Part shown: piece after piece, positions 1-8,705 of the stretch
Layout: each line of letters opens with the position of its first letter
Numbering within the stretch: the first letter of the stretch is position 1
Sequence record: OR880647.1
DNA length: 63,590 nt
Reading direction: 5' to 3' (one strand)
Source: Escherichia phage ECP2304
Translations under genes and position numbers: made by a program
Notes under the pieces: generated by a model
What the model saw: only the letters and a program-made list of their open reading frames with translations
Told to the model about the DNA's origin: nothing
Databases searched by the model: none

Positions 1-441
1 GAATAATTTATTCCTACTTGATAGAATAATGGAATCGGTACTCCAGAGCGCAAAAACCTAAAACTTTCAGTCAACAGACTAAAAACGGATAGAAACTAAA
101 AGTTAATAAGTAATAACATAAATATATATAAAATAAGGATTTATTAGTAATGTATATAGTACCTATTGGTATTATTTGAATGTTTTTGGGTCATTGTTAA
201 AAAGTCCCAAAACTCACAAAAAGTGAAAGAATACAATTCGTGACAGGATTGTTAATGGAATAAGGTGTATGGATATACAGTATTATTCCAGATTCCGGAA
301 TAATTGGAATAATGGAATAAATTATTGAACTATTGTGATCGGAAGGTATATCAAGCTATAATGCGCTTAATCGCGGGATATTGGAGGAGGACTTTATTGC
401 GCGGTTAACCGGACCAGTAGGAGGGCTGGCCCGGAAGTAGT

Positions 442-768
442 TTAGAGCTGTACAGGTGTGAAGTGGGCTAGCGTATCGTCGGACATAATACCCGACAGTT
501 TTTCGTTTACCCAGTCGGACCAAATGCTATCCGGTTCCTGGCGGTGCACAAACCAGATTTCGGATGTGCCTTCTTTGCGCATCGGTTGCACTTCTGCAAG
601 GAACTTGTCCTGCATAAGGCGCGTGAAGCAGACGCTGGTCATTGGAACCGGCTTTTCGTCTTTATTGTAATAAGGGACCAATATTTTATTTCCGAAGTCT
701 GCAACTTCATAAACTGTTCCTTTGCGAAGGCCTCTGATGTCAGTGTAAGAGCGGATGAACTTTTTCAT
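442..768 (-). CDS. hypothetical protein (108 aa)
   Basis: ATG start, clean ORF in minus-strand gene string inside repeat. Confidence 0.5.
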   Translation of the reverse strand: MKKFIRSYTDIRGLRKGTVYEVADFGNKILVPYYNKDEKPVPMTSVCFTRLMQDKFLAEVQPMRKEGTSEIWFVHRQEPDSIWSDWVNEKLSGIMSDDTLAHFTPVQL

Positions 769-770
769 AT

Positions 771-947
771 TTATTTCCTTACGAACACAGAGCCGACGAA
801 TAATGTTGATTGAGTTGCAGCTTGCTCGATTAATTCGCCAACAAGCTGGGACTGCGTCAGAGGTTTAAGGCCTTCTTTGGCGCGAGCTTCATTTACACGA
901 CGTTGAAGGTCTTTTAGGTATTGAGTTGCGAAACTATCTAATTGCAT
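771..947 (-). CDS. small hypothetical protein (58 aa)
   Basis: ATG at 945-947 preceded by AAGGA RBS; stop 771-773; below track size cutoff. Confidence 0.4.
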   Translation of the reverse strand: MQLDSFATQYLKDLQRRVNEARAKEGLKPLTQSQLVGELIEQAATQSTLFVGSVFVRK

Positions 948-996
948 CTTCTTATCCTTAGGGCTCCCGCAGAAGCCCGTTGAATGTGGTTATCGA

Positions 997-1146
997 CTAT
1001 AACGCTGCAAACATAAGCAGACGAATATTAACTGAAGTTTGGCTATTAAAGTCTTGACATTCTTTGATAATCTCTTCTTCACTTTTACCACTAAGTTTAG
1101 AATATTCTGTGATTGCTTGTTTTAATACAGAATCAAAATTGTTCAT
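997..1146 (-). CDS. small hypothetical protein (49 aa)
   Basis: ATG at 1144-1146 preceded by AAGGAGG RBS; translated by hand to TAG at 997-999. Confidence 0.45.
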   Translation of the reverse strand: MNNFDSVLKQAITEYSKLSGKSEEEIIKECQDFNSQTSVNIRLLMFAAL

Positions 1147-1156
1147 TTTATCCTCC

Positions 1157-1771
1157 TTATGCGTCCAGACCGTTGTATTTGCGCCAGGCGTAGAACTGAA
1201 TGGCGACAGTTGTTCCGTTGTAAGAAGGCATTGCAGCTTTCATCTCTTTCAGCGCCGGCGTGCGGCCCAGTTCCTTCAGAAGCTTGTCACCCATTGCCCA
1301 CACTTCGGCAGTTTTTCCTTTAAGGGGCTTGCGAGCGCCATTTTTGAAATCGCAGCGAGCAGCTTTTGCATCCTGTTTTGGAGCGGCAGCTTTTGGCTCT
1401 TCAATTTTGATTTCAGAAACCTGCGTGGCAGCTTTTGCGTGTTTCATATCTTTCTCTTCCTCCTGCTCCAAAGCTTTGAGGCAGCTTTTGACGATTTCCG
1501 GATTTACCATCGGGCGCAGTACCGAGGCGCTAGCAGCTGGAGCGGCGGTCGGTGCTGGGGCTTTCTGCTCCGGCTTTTGAGCTTTTTCGTGATCGCGCAG
1601 CACCTGAAGGACTTCCTTTTCGACGATGTAAAAACCGATATCGTCCTGATGGATAAGCTGTTCGTGTGCGTCGCGTGCAACCTGGCCCCAGCGAGTTTTC
1701 AGAGCGCGGCGTGCATTCGTTTTCATGGTGTAGCGCATTTTGTCCTGTTCGCGGTGAGTTACTTTAGACAT
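1157..1771 (-). CDS. hypothetical protein (204 aa), basic N-terminus and Ala/Pro-rich linker
   Basis: ATG at 1769-1771 preceded by AAAGGAG RBS; in-frame with track ORF 1157..1816. Confidence 0.6.
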   Translation of the reverse strand: MSKVTHREQDKMRYTMKTNARRALKTRWGQVARDAHEQLIHQDDIGFYIVEKEVLQVLRDHEKAQKPEQKAPAPTAAPAASASVLRPMVNPEIVKSCLKALEQEEEKDMKHAKAATQVSEIKIEEPKAAAPKQDAKAARCDFKNGARKPLKGKTAEVWAMGDKLLKELGRTPALKEMKAAMPSYNGTTVAIQFYAWRKYNGLDA

Positions 1772-1844
1772 GGTATAGCTCCTTTCGTTAATGTTAGTTT
1801 GCTTATTACTGCCCACCGTAATGATGAGCAGTGTATAAGAAAAC

Positions 1845-2093
1845 TTACTGCACGATTGCTACGAAATCGGCGGTTGCGATATCCATGCTTGCAAACGCTT
1901 TGACGGTGTAGCTGGTATCTGCCGCGGCGTTGAAGTCGCTCAGGAACTGTTGTACCGCGTGCTCATGGTTGAGCATTACGTCTACATTGCAGTCCCAGCT
2001 ATAAACCTTGCGCTGACCGAAACCTTTAACTGCAATACGCGCGCCTTTGGTGTTGGTTGGTGCCAAAAATTTGGTGACGATAGAAGTAGCCAT
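1845..2093 (-). CDS. hypothetical protein (82 aa)
   Basis: ATG with GAGGA RBS. Confidence 0.55.
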   Translation of the reverse strand: MATSIVTKFLAPTNTKGARIAVKGFGQRKVYSWDCNVDVMLNHEHAVQQFLSDFNAAADTSYTVKAFASMDIATADFVAIVQ

Positions 2094-2166
2094 GATGTAA
2101 TCCTCGTTTTGTTTAAGTTGACTTATTATTGCCCAGTCAGATCAACTAGGCAAGATATAAATCAGC

Positions 2167-2391
2167 TTATTTAACCATCAAGGCCCATCTTTTATAGCCG
2201 TTCAGCTCCATTCTATGACCGTGGTCGTTGCAGTAACGTTGGATATTATTAAAGTCGTTATCGTTCATATCGCTGACGTCAATATTAAAATAGTTGCGCT
2301 TTGCAGGTGTAACGTATTGGGATAACTGCATTGAGTACAGATGTTCAATGTTGTCGATAATAGCTTGCTGAACTTTAGTGATAGTAGCCAT
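2167..2391 (-). CDS. hypothetical protein (74 aa)
   Basis: Internal ATG at 2389-2391 preceded by GGAGGTG RBS; track ORF extends to 2451. Confidence 0.5.
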   Translation of the reverse strand: MATITKVQQAIIDNIEHLYSMQLSQYVTPAKRNYFNIDVSDMNDNDFNNIQRYCNDHGHRMELNGYKRWALMVK

Positions 2392-2781
2392 GATACACCT
2401 CCTAATGTGGTTAAGCAGTATTGCTTTGTTGAAGTAATAATAGCCTTGCATCGTGATATTGAATAGGCCAAACGTGCTATTTTGATATTGTTTTGCATCT
2501 AGTGAAAATCATGCTTGTATCGCATATTTAGCACTAATGGCCTAACTAACATCACACGATCTGGTCTACGCGCGTGCATACATACATATAAGGAGTGCCG
2601 GACAGGATCGGACCGACCAGGGGCGCTCAACCGTCTCTGTCCGTCCTGTAAGCTGGTCCCCGGACTGGTCCAAAATATTTTTATAAAAAGATGCAAAAAG
2701 GTGTAGACATATGATCAATCTAACCCTACTATATACACATACCGCAAGGGTACTACAAATTAACTTAAAGGGGTTTACATC

Positions 2782-2985
2782 ATGTCTATTCGTAGCGTTA
2801 TCTGTGTAATGGTTGCAAACAATAATTTTGGTTTCGTAGAAGGTGCAGAGTATAAAATGGATCTTAAGACTCGTTGCATTATTAAAGGTGAAGAGGAATG
2901 GCGTGCAGTGGTAGAAGATCGCGGCGATATCTACATCTATAGTTCTGATACAATGAAAACTATTGCCGTCTTCGAATTTAACTAA
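2782..2985 (+). CDS. hypothetical protein (67 aa)
   Basis: ATG with AAAGGGG RBS; first plus-strand gene after divergent intergenic region. Confidence 0.55.
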   Translation: MSIRSVICVMVANNNFGFVEGAEYKMDLKTRCIIKGEEEWRAVVEDRGDIYIYSSDTMKTIAVFEFN

Positions 2986-3053
2986 GCTAACTTATACAAT
3001 GGGCATTAGTACAGTGCCCATTAATAAGCTAACTAATTATAACGAGGTGTATT

Positions 3054-3239
3054 ATGTCTACGAACACTGTGAAGTCTGTAAATAATAGCAACAGAACATT
3101 TAAAGTTATCTATTATGGCGAATATATTGGAGACGTTACAGCTCCCAGCCGCATCGCTGCGGAAGACTTCGTCCGTACAGAGATGGAGCTTGGAATCGCC
3201 GATTTTGCAGCCATTATCGAACTGGTAGAGGTATTCTGA
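3054..3239 (+). CDS. hypothetical protein (61 aa)
   Basis: ATG with GAGGTG RBS. Confidence 0.5.
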   Translation: MSTNTVKSVNNSNRTFKVIYYGEYIGDVTAPSRIAAEDFVRTEMELGIADFAAIIELVEVF

Positions 3240-3240
3240 T

Positions 3241-3381
3241 ATGCAACGCAAATACACGCTTACACGCGCACAGCACGCGTTATTGATTGCAGCTATGCGC
3301 GCAGAATATGCAGTACACGGCTGGCATAGCGCCATGATGCGAGGTAAAAGCATATATGCAGACATATGCTCGCAAGAATAA
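3241..3381 (+). CDS. small hypothetical protein (46 aa)
   Basis: TGAtATG coupling to upstream gene; hand-translated to TAA at 3379-3381. Confidence 0.35.
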   Translation: MQRKYTLTRAQHALLIAAMRAEYAVHGWHSAMMRGKSIYADICSQE

Positions 3382-3944
3382 CGCACACAGCAGCACCACA
3401 GCGAGCTAAAGCTCAAAGGTAATGGTAATGCATTACCAACACACAATAAGCACGCTGTACCCAGCAAAGCGGCGCTAATTTCAACACTCACAGGCTGTAC
3501 GTTAACGCGTACGGCCTGCTCTGCTATATGCACGCCATGTATATAGCCAGCTCACAATGCACATCAATATAATTACGAATGAAATGGATTCGTCTGGAAG
3601 AATAACAATTCTTACAGTCACAGACCGGTCCAATGAGCCAACTCATAGACCCCACCTAGGATCATCAGGGTACTAATAATCACCCGAGGGCCCTTATCCA
3701 TCCTGATAGTAAGTGCTTGCCTAAATCTTACCCATCACTTTACTATCCACATACATCCATGACCCCACCTACCTTCTTTTTGAATATATTGCGCTCATCC
3801 TTTCTAAATATATGGATTTTGGTAGTAAATTCTGAGTCGTCAACGTATAATCCGTCTTGTAGCTGCCCCATAGCTACCATCTTTAAGCGGATGCAACCAA
3901 TTTCTATCAATTCTCACCAGTTTTAGAGCATCAAGGAGGTATTT

Positions 3945-4196
3945 ATGTGCGACTCCAGCGCAAGCACCACGACAAACTCCTCCAGCAATGTGGTTACAGA
4001 GGTAAATGCAATGCGATTAGGTCCATATCGCGGCTATTATGGTCGTGCTGCATGGAATGACGCTACTCAACGTTTTGAAGGCTGGATTATCTGCCCGGAA
4101 CGTGTTAAATTTCACTCCGTAAAAGAGAAAAACATCGTTCTTAATTTTCAAAAATGTGTCACTAAATATGTAGAGGAGCAAGAAGAATGCGTGTAG
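3945..4196 (+). CDS. hypothetical protein (83 aa)
   Basis: AAGGAGG RBS, ATG start. Confidence 0.6.
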   Translation: MCDSSASTTTNSSSNVVTEVNAMRLGPYRGYYGRAAWNDATQRFEGWIICPERVKFHSVKEKNIVLNFQKCVTKYVEEQEECV

Positions 4197-4438
4197 GGGA
4201 GGGTGAAAAGGTTGTCAACTATTTCGGGACTCAGGTTATAGTACCTGCCTGGGTTAACTGGCTCGCGGTTGATGAGTGTGAAGAGCTCTATGCTTATGAA
4301 AATGAGCCTTATATAGACGAATGCGACGATTACGACAAATGGTATGAGGATACGGGTAAATCCATCTTTATCGGCAAGTTTCCTTTCGAAGAAGGTTGTT
4401 GGGTAAATTCTTTAGTTAATGTTAGTTCGGAGGCTTAA
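4187..4438 (+). CDS. hypothetical protein, member of 3-copy paralog family
   Basis: Shares VPxWVxWLAxD...YxxExEP motif with 42828..43127(-) and 5013..5309. Confidence 0.6.
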   Translation: MRVGEGEKVVNYFGTQVIVPAWVNWLAVDECEELYAYENEPYIDECDDYDKWYEDTGKSIFIGKFPFEEGCWVNSLVNVSSEA

Positions 4439-4717
4439 ATGCTTGTAGAAGAGATTGTTGAAGGTAAAGAGTATCGTTTACTGACCGATATTGGTGGTGT
4501 TGGGTATGCTCCGGGCGATGGTGTTGAGTTCCGGGAACTGAAAGCTGGTTCTATTGTTACTGTTAATAAGGTGGTGTTTGATCTGCATAGCCTTTTCGGG
4601 CAGTGGAACCATACTGTAATTGTTAGCCAGGGTAGCGATGAATACGATGAAGAAGAGGATGCTTACGAAATCAGTTATACTGGTCTTGTAGGCGCCAATT
4701 TCCTGGAAGAAGTATAA
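4439..4717 (+). CDS. hypothetical protein (92 aa)
   Basis: Start overlaps upstream stop (TAAATG); clean ORF. Confidence 0.55.
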   Translation: MLVEEIVEGKEYRLLTDIGGVGYAPGDGVEFRELKAGSIVTVNKVVFDLHSLFGQWNHTVIVSQGSDEYDEEEDAYEISYTGLVGANFLEEV

Positions 4718-4767
4718 TTATCAATCTATAATGGGCTCTACGGAGCCCTTAATTATCTGGAGGAGAT

Positions 4768-5010
4768 GTGTTTCCGCGGAATGGTTTAAAGTGGACCGCA
4801 AGGGATCTTGCTTTGCTAAAGGTCAACGCTGGCAAGATTTCGGCGGAAGAAATAGCTTACTATCTTAGAAGAGACGTTGAATCTGTACATATCAAAGCAA
4901 GTAGGCTAAAGTTGTCCTTAGTAACAAACAGGTGCAAGCGCGGGCACGAACGGGTATACCGCAAAGGGCGCTGGCGCTGCAATGAATGTCGTAAACTTAA
5001 AGGGTACTGA
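4768..5010 (+). CDS. hypothetical zinc-ribbon protein (CxxGH...CxxC)
   Basis: GTG start after GGAGGAG; C-terminal CKRGH..RCNEC motif resembles N-terminal zinc module of the HNH protein at 38512..39069. Confidence 0.45.
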   Translation: MFPRNGLKWTARDLALLKVNAGKISAEEIAYYLRRDVESVHIKASRLKLSLVTNRCKRGHERVYRKGRWRCNECRKLKGY

Positions 5011-5012
5011 CT

Positions 5013-5309
5013 ATGTTGTATTTAGGAATGGATGAAACTGGACACGAAATTCCTTCTGTTAGCAAAGAGACGCAAGTATTTACCGACCATTATGGGTCTA
5101 CTATCCCTGTTGAGCCTTGGGCTAAATTTGTGGCTGTAGACGCAGATGGTAAAGTTCATTGCTATGACGGAAAACCTTATTCCTATAAAGCTGGTAGGCA
5201 ATGGATGATTGGTTGTGATGGTACAAAAGTTCGTTACTGCGGTGAAGTTGACCTTGAAGGTATGGACTGGCGTGATACTCTAATGGAGATTAAACATGTC
5301 CGCGGCTGA
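5013..5309 (+). CDS. hypothetical protein, member of 3-copy paralog family
   Basis: Shares VPxW..AVD and EVDLEGMDW motifs with 42828..43127(-). Confidence 0.6.
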   Translation: MLYLGMDETGHEIPSVSKETQVFTDHYGSTIPVEPWAKFVAVDADGKVHCYDGKPYSYKAGRQWMIGCDGTKVRYCGEVDLEGMDWRDTLMEIKHVRG

Positions 5310-5385
5310 AGTTACGACATTTATAATAGCTTTTGCGGTTGCTTTATTTCTTCTAGCTAAGTTAGATTTATTTATTTGGTGACTT

Positions 5386-5610
5386 ATGCGGTTACTTATG
5401 GTTATTGGCGTTATAATTGCCGCTTTCGTCATATTTGCAATGGTGGACTCTAAAGAAATGGAGCGGCAAAATTGTCAACGTACTGGTAACAGCCGGGATG
5501 ATATCATTTGGCAATATATTTACGATGCAAAAGGTAATGTTATGTCAATGTATCCTCAGGTTATTACTGAGTATGAATATAAATGCAATGACCGTAACAG
5601 GTGGAGATAA
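5386..5610 (+). CDS. hypothetical membrane protein (74 aa)
   Basis: N-terminal hydrophobic helix. Confidence 0.5.
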   Translation: MRLLMVIGVIIAAFVIFAMVDSKEMERQNCQRTGNSRDDIIWQYIYDAKGNVMSMYPQVITEYEYKCNDRNRWR

Positions 5611-5612
5611 TA

Positions 5613-5885
5613 ATGGAAGTTACTGAAGCTGCTAAACGCATGGTGAAATTCTATGTTGGTTCTGATTCACCTTTAATCCGCGCTTTTGGGCAAGAGCTTT
5701 ATATATTTCAAGGAGAAAGAGAAGAAGCTGAAGATGTTGCTCAGAAGATTCTTGATTTACAAGAAAAAGCTAAACGGGCGGATGCCCTGGAATCTGTAGC
5801 AAAGGACTTCCTGCGTCGTAATAAATATGGTCCTTTGTTCTACCGTGATTTGTATAATCGTTTTAAGGAGATTTTAGGTGATTGA
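5613..5885 (+). CDS. hypothetical protein (90 aa)
   Basis: ATG at 5613 after GGAG; overlaps upstream stop (TAATGG). Confidence 0.55.
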   Translation: MEVTEAAKRMVKFYVGSDSPLIRAFGQELYIFQGEREEAEDVAQKILDLQEKAKRADALESVAKDFLRRNKYGPLFYRDLYNRFKEILGD

Positions 5886-5939
5886 ACAAGAGCTCTTACA
5901 CTGGAAAGATTTCATTAAAGAAATGCTAGGAGACAAATA

Positions 5940-6410
5940 ATGGCTGACGTTAAAACTATTGTTGATGCAATGGACGAATCCAAAGACTGCCAACTGAAGA
6001 AGTCGTTTGAGGTAAAACAGGTTACAGAAACGCAGTTGATAGCCAACTTTGCGCGTTATTGCGGATTGGGTCGCGGGAAGGACTGGAATGGGCTTATTGT
6101 TATGCCCACATCACAGATCCTTGTCTATGTCCGTAATGTTGTAGAAGATCTTTTACGTCTTCAAATAGATATTGGTGACGTAGAAATTAACATGACCGCG
6201 AGCTCCACCATTGTGGTTAAATGGCAGTCGGGCGAGACCCTTCGTTTGGAAGCGTGTCATTGTGCTAAGAGCTTGCACCACCTGCGCGGTTGTCACTACC
6301 AGTTTGTTGGGTTTGTGCATCTACAAGGGTTAAGCGGGCGTACGGCGATGGTAGCGCGTTTGCTGCTGCGTCCTTATAATAACGAGCCGGAAGTCATATA
6401 CGAGGCATAA
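5940..6410 (+). CDS. hypothetical protein (156 aa)
   Basis: Clean ORF with RBS. Confidence 0.6.
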   Translation: MADVKTIVDAMDESKDCQLKKSFEVKQVTETQLIANFARYCGLGRGKDWNGLIVMPTSQILVYVRNVVEDLLRLQIDIGDVEINMTASSTIVVKWQSGETLRLEACHCAKSLHHLRGCHYQFVGFVHLQGLSGRTAMVARLLLRPYNNEPEVIYEA

Positions 6411-6411
6411 G

Positions 6412-6834
6412 ATGATTAAACACGTCAAGCAACCAACATTGAATACATGCGTTTCTGCGTGTCTAGCAATGATTCTTAATAGACCTGTAGAAGAAGTAAT
6501 TGCGGAATTTCATGATCGATATTACAACAATTGGGAAATAACAATTTCCGAATATCTAGTACAAAACAACGTTGACCACATCTGTTCTGTAGGCGGTGGG
6601 CGTGAAACTATATACATGGGTGGTTTGTTTTTGTGCACTGTCCCAAGTCTCAATGTTCCTGGAGCACTGCATCAGGTTGTGATCGATACAACTAATCACA
6701 AGTTTATTGTACATGACCCGATTAAAGGTTGGGAAGGTAAAAAGTTCTACGTTGGCCCGGATCAAGATCCTGAACAGCCAGGAGCATTTATCATTCATAC
6801 TTGGGTTAAAGACGTTGAGATTGTGCTTAATTAA
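6412..6834 (+). CDS. putative papain-like cysteine peptidase (C39-like)
   Basis: N-terminal QPTLNTCVSACLAMIL resembles the Q...C(G)xACLAMI catalytic-Cys motif of peptidase C39; downstream His residues present. Confidence 0.45.
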   Translation: MIKHVKQPTLNTCVSACLAMILNRPVEEVIAEFHDRYYNNWEITISEYLVQNNVDHICSVGGGRETIYMGGLFLCTVPSLNVPGALHQVVIDTTNHKFIVHDPIKGWEGKKFYVGPDQDPEQPGAFIIHTWVKDVEIVLN

Positions 6835-6896
6835 AAACCTTGCTATCAGATAACCCTTCATTGTATTGTGTACCCATCGAATAAGAGGGGTACACA

Positions 6897-7082
6897 ATGA
6901 CCAAACTATACGCCGGATTGTTTTTATTTGCGACGTTAATGTTCGCTGGACTTTATACCTATACAGTAGTCGAACAACCTTCCACGGTTATCCGAATCTT
7001 TGCAAGTACAGGACTGTGCATCTGTCTTATTCTGTTTGTTTTATGTATTGTTATTATCCAAGACCAAAGGAAAATTAAATGA
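6897..7082 (+). CDS. hypothetical membrane protein (61 aa)
   Basis: Two hydrophobic helices; GAGGGG RBS. Confidence 0.5.
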   Translation: MTKLYAGLFLFATLMFAGLYTYTVVEQPSTVIRIFASTGLCICLILFVLCIVIIQDQRKIK

Positions 7083-7543
7083 CAACCATTGCTTACGATG
7101 GAAAAGTATTAGCTGCGGACCGTGGAGTTATGCGCGGGGAAGTTGTGACTGCATATAAGAAAGTTCACAGCGTAAATGGACATCGTGGCCGCTTCTTGCT
7201 GGGCTTGTGCGGTTTGACTGCATTTACTGATCAGGTGTTGCGCTATTTTAATAGTCCTGAGCCTGTTAAGTTCCCAGATATTAAAGTTTACAGCAAAGAT
7301 GACGATTATGGGCAAACTTGCGGTCTTGCTGTTACTCCGGAAGGTACTTGCCATTTTATTTATAATGATGGTACTTTGAGCGAACCCATGCTGGATGGAT
7401 GGGGGTCGGATGGTAGTGGCTGCGTGTTTGCTGCGGGTGCTCTAGCTGCTGGTGCAAGCGCACGCGAAGCTATCGAGCTAGCAATCAAGCATACTACATG
7501 TGCATTTCTTGGCGTTGATACAATATCGTTTGAGGGTTTTTAA
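7079..7543 (+). CDS. putative Ntn-hydrolase, HslV/proteasome-like
   Basis: Starts MTTIAYDG (Thr right after Met as in HslV MTTIV); GSDGSGCVFAAGALAAG resembles HslV GSGGPYAQAAARAL. Confidence 0.45.
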   Translation: MTTIAYDGKVLAADRGVMRGEVVTAYKKVHSVNGHRGRFLLGLCGLTAFTDQVLRYFNSPEPVKFPDIKVYSKDDDYGQTCGLAVTPEGTCHFIYNDGTLSEPMLDGWGSDGSGCVFAAGALAAGASAREAIELAIKHTTCAFLGVDTISFEGF

Positions 7544-7804
7544 ATGACTACATTCAGTCACCTGATCCCACCTGCTTATCACAGCAAGGTAGTTGACCAC
7601 GGGACGCATGTTGTAATTGGTGGCGAAATCTTTATCACAGATAACGAGGAAATCGCCATTGCAATTATTGACAGCACTCAGCATGACTTTATGGTTATCC
7701 TGCAACACGAACCCGATAACTTCACTTTTTACTCCAGCTACGGGGTCGATAAAGGTGGAAAAAGCCTTGTTAGCTGGTACATTAGCGAGTGGTTTGACGG
7801 GTAA
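7544..7804 (+). CDS. hypothetical protein (86 aa)
   Basis: Clean ORF. Confidence 0.5.
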   Translation: MTTFSHLIPPAYHSKVVDHGTHVVIGGEIFITDNEEIAIAIIDSTQHDFMVILQHEPDNFTFYSSYGVDKGGKSLVSWYISEWFDG

Positions 7805-7886
7805 TCTCCTTAGATCAATTCTCCTTGCGCCGTATCAAGTTTCTCTGTTACCCTTCAGTGGTTCATGTCAAGCGGAGGAACTCGAT

Positions 7887-8324
7887 ATGGCGCTTCAACC
7901 TCGTGGTATTCGTAACAACAATCCAGGTAACATTCGCTGGGGTGATAATTGGCAGGGATTGGTCCCTGTTGATAAGCGGACCGACAAATCTTTTGCACAG
8001 TTCACGCAACCGATTTACGGCATCCGTGCTCTAGCTAAAGTCCTGACCAACTACACCAAACGCGAAGGCTTGCCCAATGTGGGTAAGAAAAACATCGACA
8101 CTGTACGTGAAATTATCGCTCGCTGGGCCCCGCCTAATGAAAACGATACGGAAGCGTATATTCGTTCTGTTGCCAAAGCAATTGGTGTTCAACCTAACGA
8201 TCCAATTAATGTCTTCGACAAGACGATAATGTCAGGTTTGGTGAAAGCAATCATTCGTCATGAAAATGGCATGATGCCTTATACTGATGACGTGATCGAC
8301 CGCGCTATTGCAATGGTAATTTAA
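7887..8324 (+). CDS. putative endolysin (soluble 146-aa protein at head of lysis cassette)
   Basis: ATG at 7887 after GGAGGA; lies directly upstream of holin-like and spanin genes; function by context only. Confidence 0.4.
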   Translation: MALQPRGIRNNNPGNIRWGDNWQGLVPVDKRTDKSFAQFTQPIYGIRALAKVLTNYTKREGLPNVGKKNIDTVREIIARWAPPNENDTEAYIRSVAKAIGVQPNDPINVFDKTIMSGLVKAIIRHENGMMPYTDDVIDRAIAMVI

Positions 8325-8360
8325 CTGATGGGGCGTCAGCCCCTTTTTATTGGAGGGAAC

Positions 8361-8705
8361 ATGTTCAACTCATCGAACGAACATTGGGCAGTTCTAGCGG
8401 GGTTTGCTCTGATTTCCCTCATTGGGGGAGCTCTCGGTTACGTCATGCGTACAATTGACGCTGGTAAGAAGGTACGGATAAGCATTGCATGTCTTGAAGG
8501 CTTATCTGCCGCGTTCTTCGGCGTTATAATGTACGCGATCTACAGGGAGTTTAATATCAGCCTTTGGTTCGCTTTTGGCCTTGCTGGCCTATTCGCTTGG
8601 GCGGGTTCACGTGCTACGCTAAAAGCTCTAAAGTCGCTTCTAGCATCGCGGACAGGGATCAAACTCGACTCAGAGGACTGCAAACATGAAAATGATTCTA
8701 AATAA
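8361..8705 (+). CDS. putative holin (multi-TM membrane protein)
   Basis: ATG at 8361 after GGAGGG; about three hydrophobic segments; between endolysin candidate and spanins. Confidence 0.5.
   Translation: MFNSSNEHWAVLAGFALISLIGGALGYVMRTIDAGKKVRISIACLEGLSAAFFGVIMYAIYREFNISLWFAFGLAGLFAWAGSRATLKALKSLLASRTGIKLDSEDCKHENDSK

Larger units (their letters stand above)
1..3695. repeat. Left copy of exact 3,695-bp direct (terminal) repeat
   Basis: Sequence 1..3695 identical to 59896..63590; every ORF recurs at +59,895 offset. Confidence 0.9.

Noticed and set aside
1064-1903. 279-aa plus-strand ORF (and its repeat copy 60959..61798)
   Set aside because: Antisense to a well-supported minus-strand gene with RBS; odd Cys/Phe/Leu-rich composition and no RBS.
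3033-3533. 166-aa minus-strand ORF
   Set aside because: Antisense to two plus-strand genes with good RBSs; Cys-rich low-complexity translation.
3717-3926. 69-aa plus-strand ORF in the non-coding region right of the repeat
   Set aside because: No RBS, non-ATG start, lies in a regulatory-looking intergenic region.
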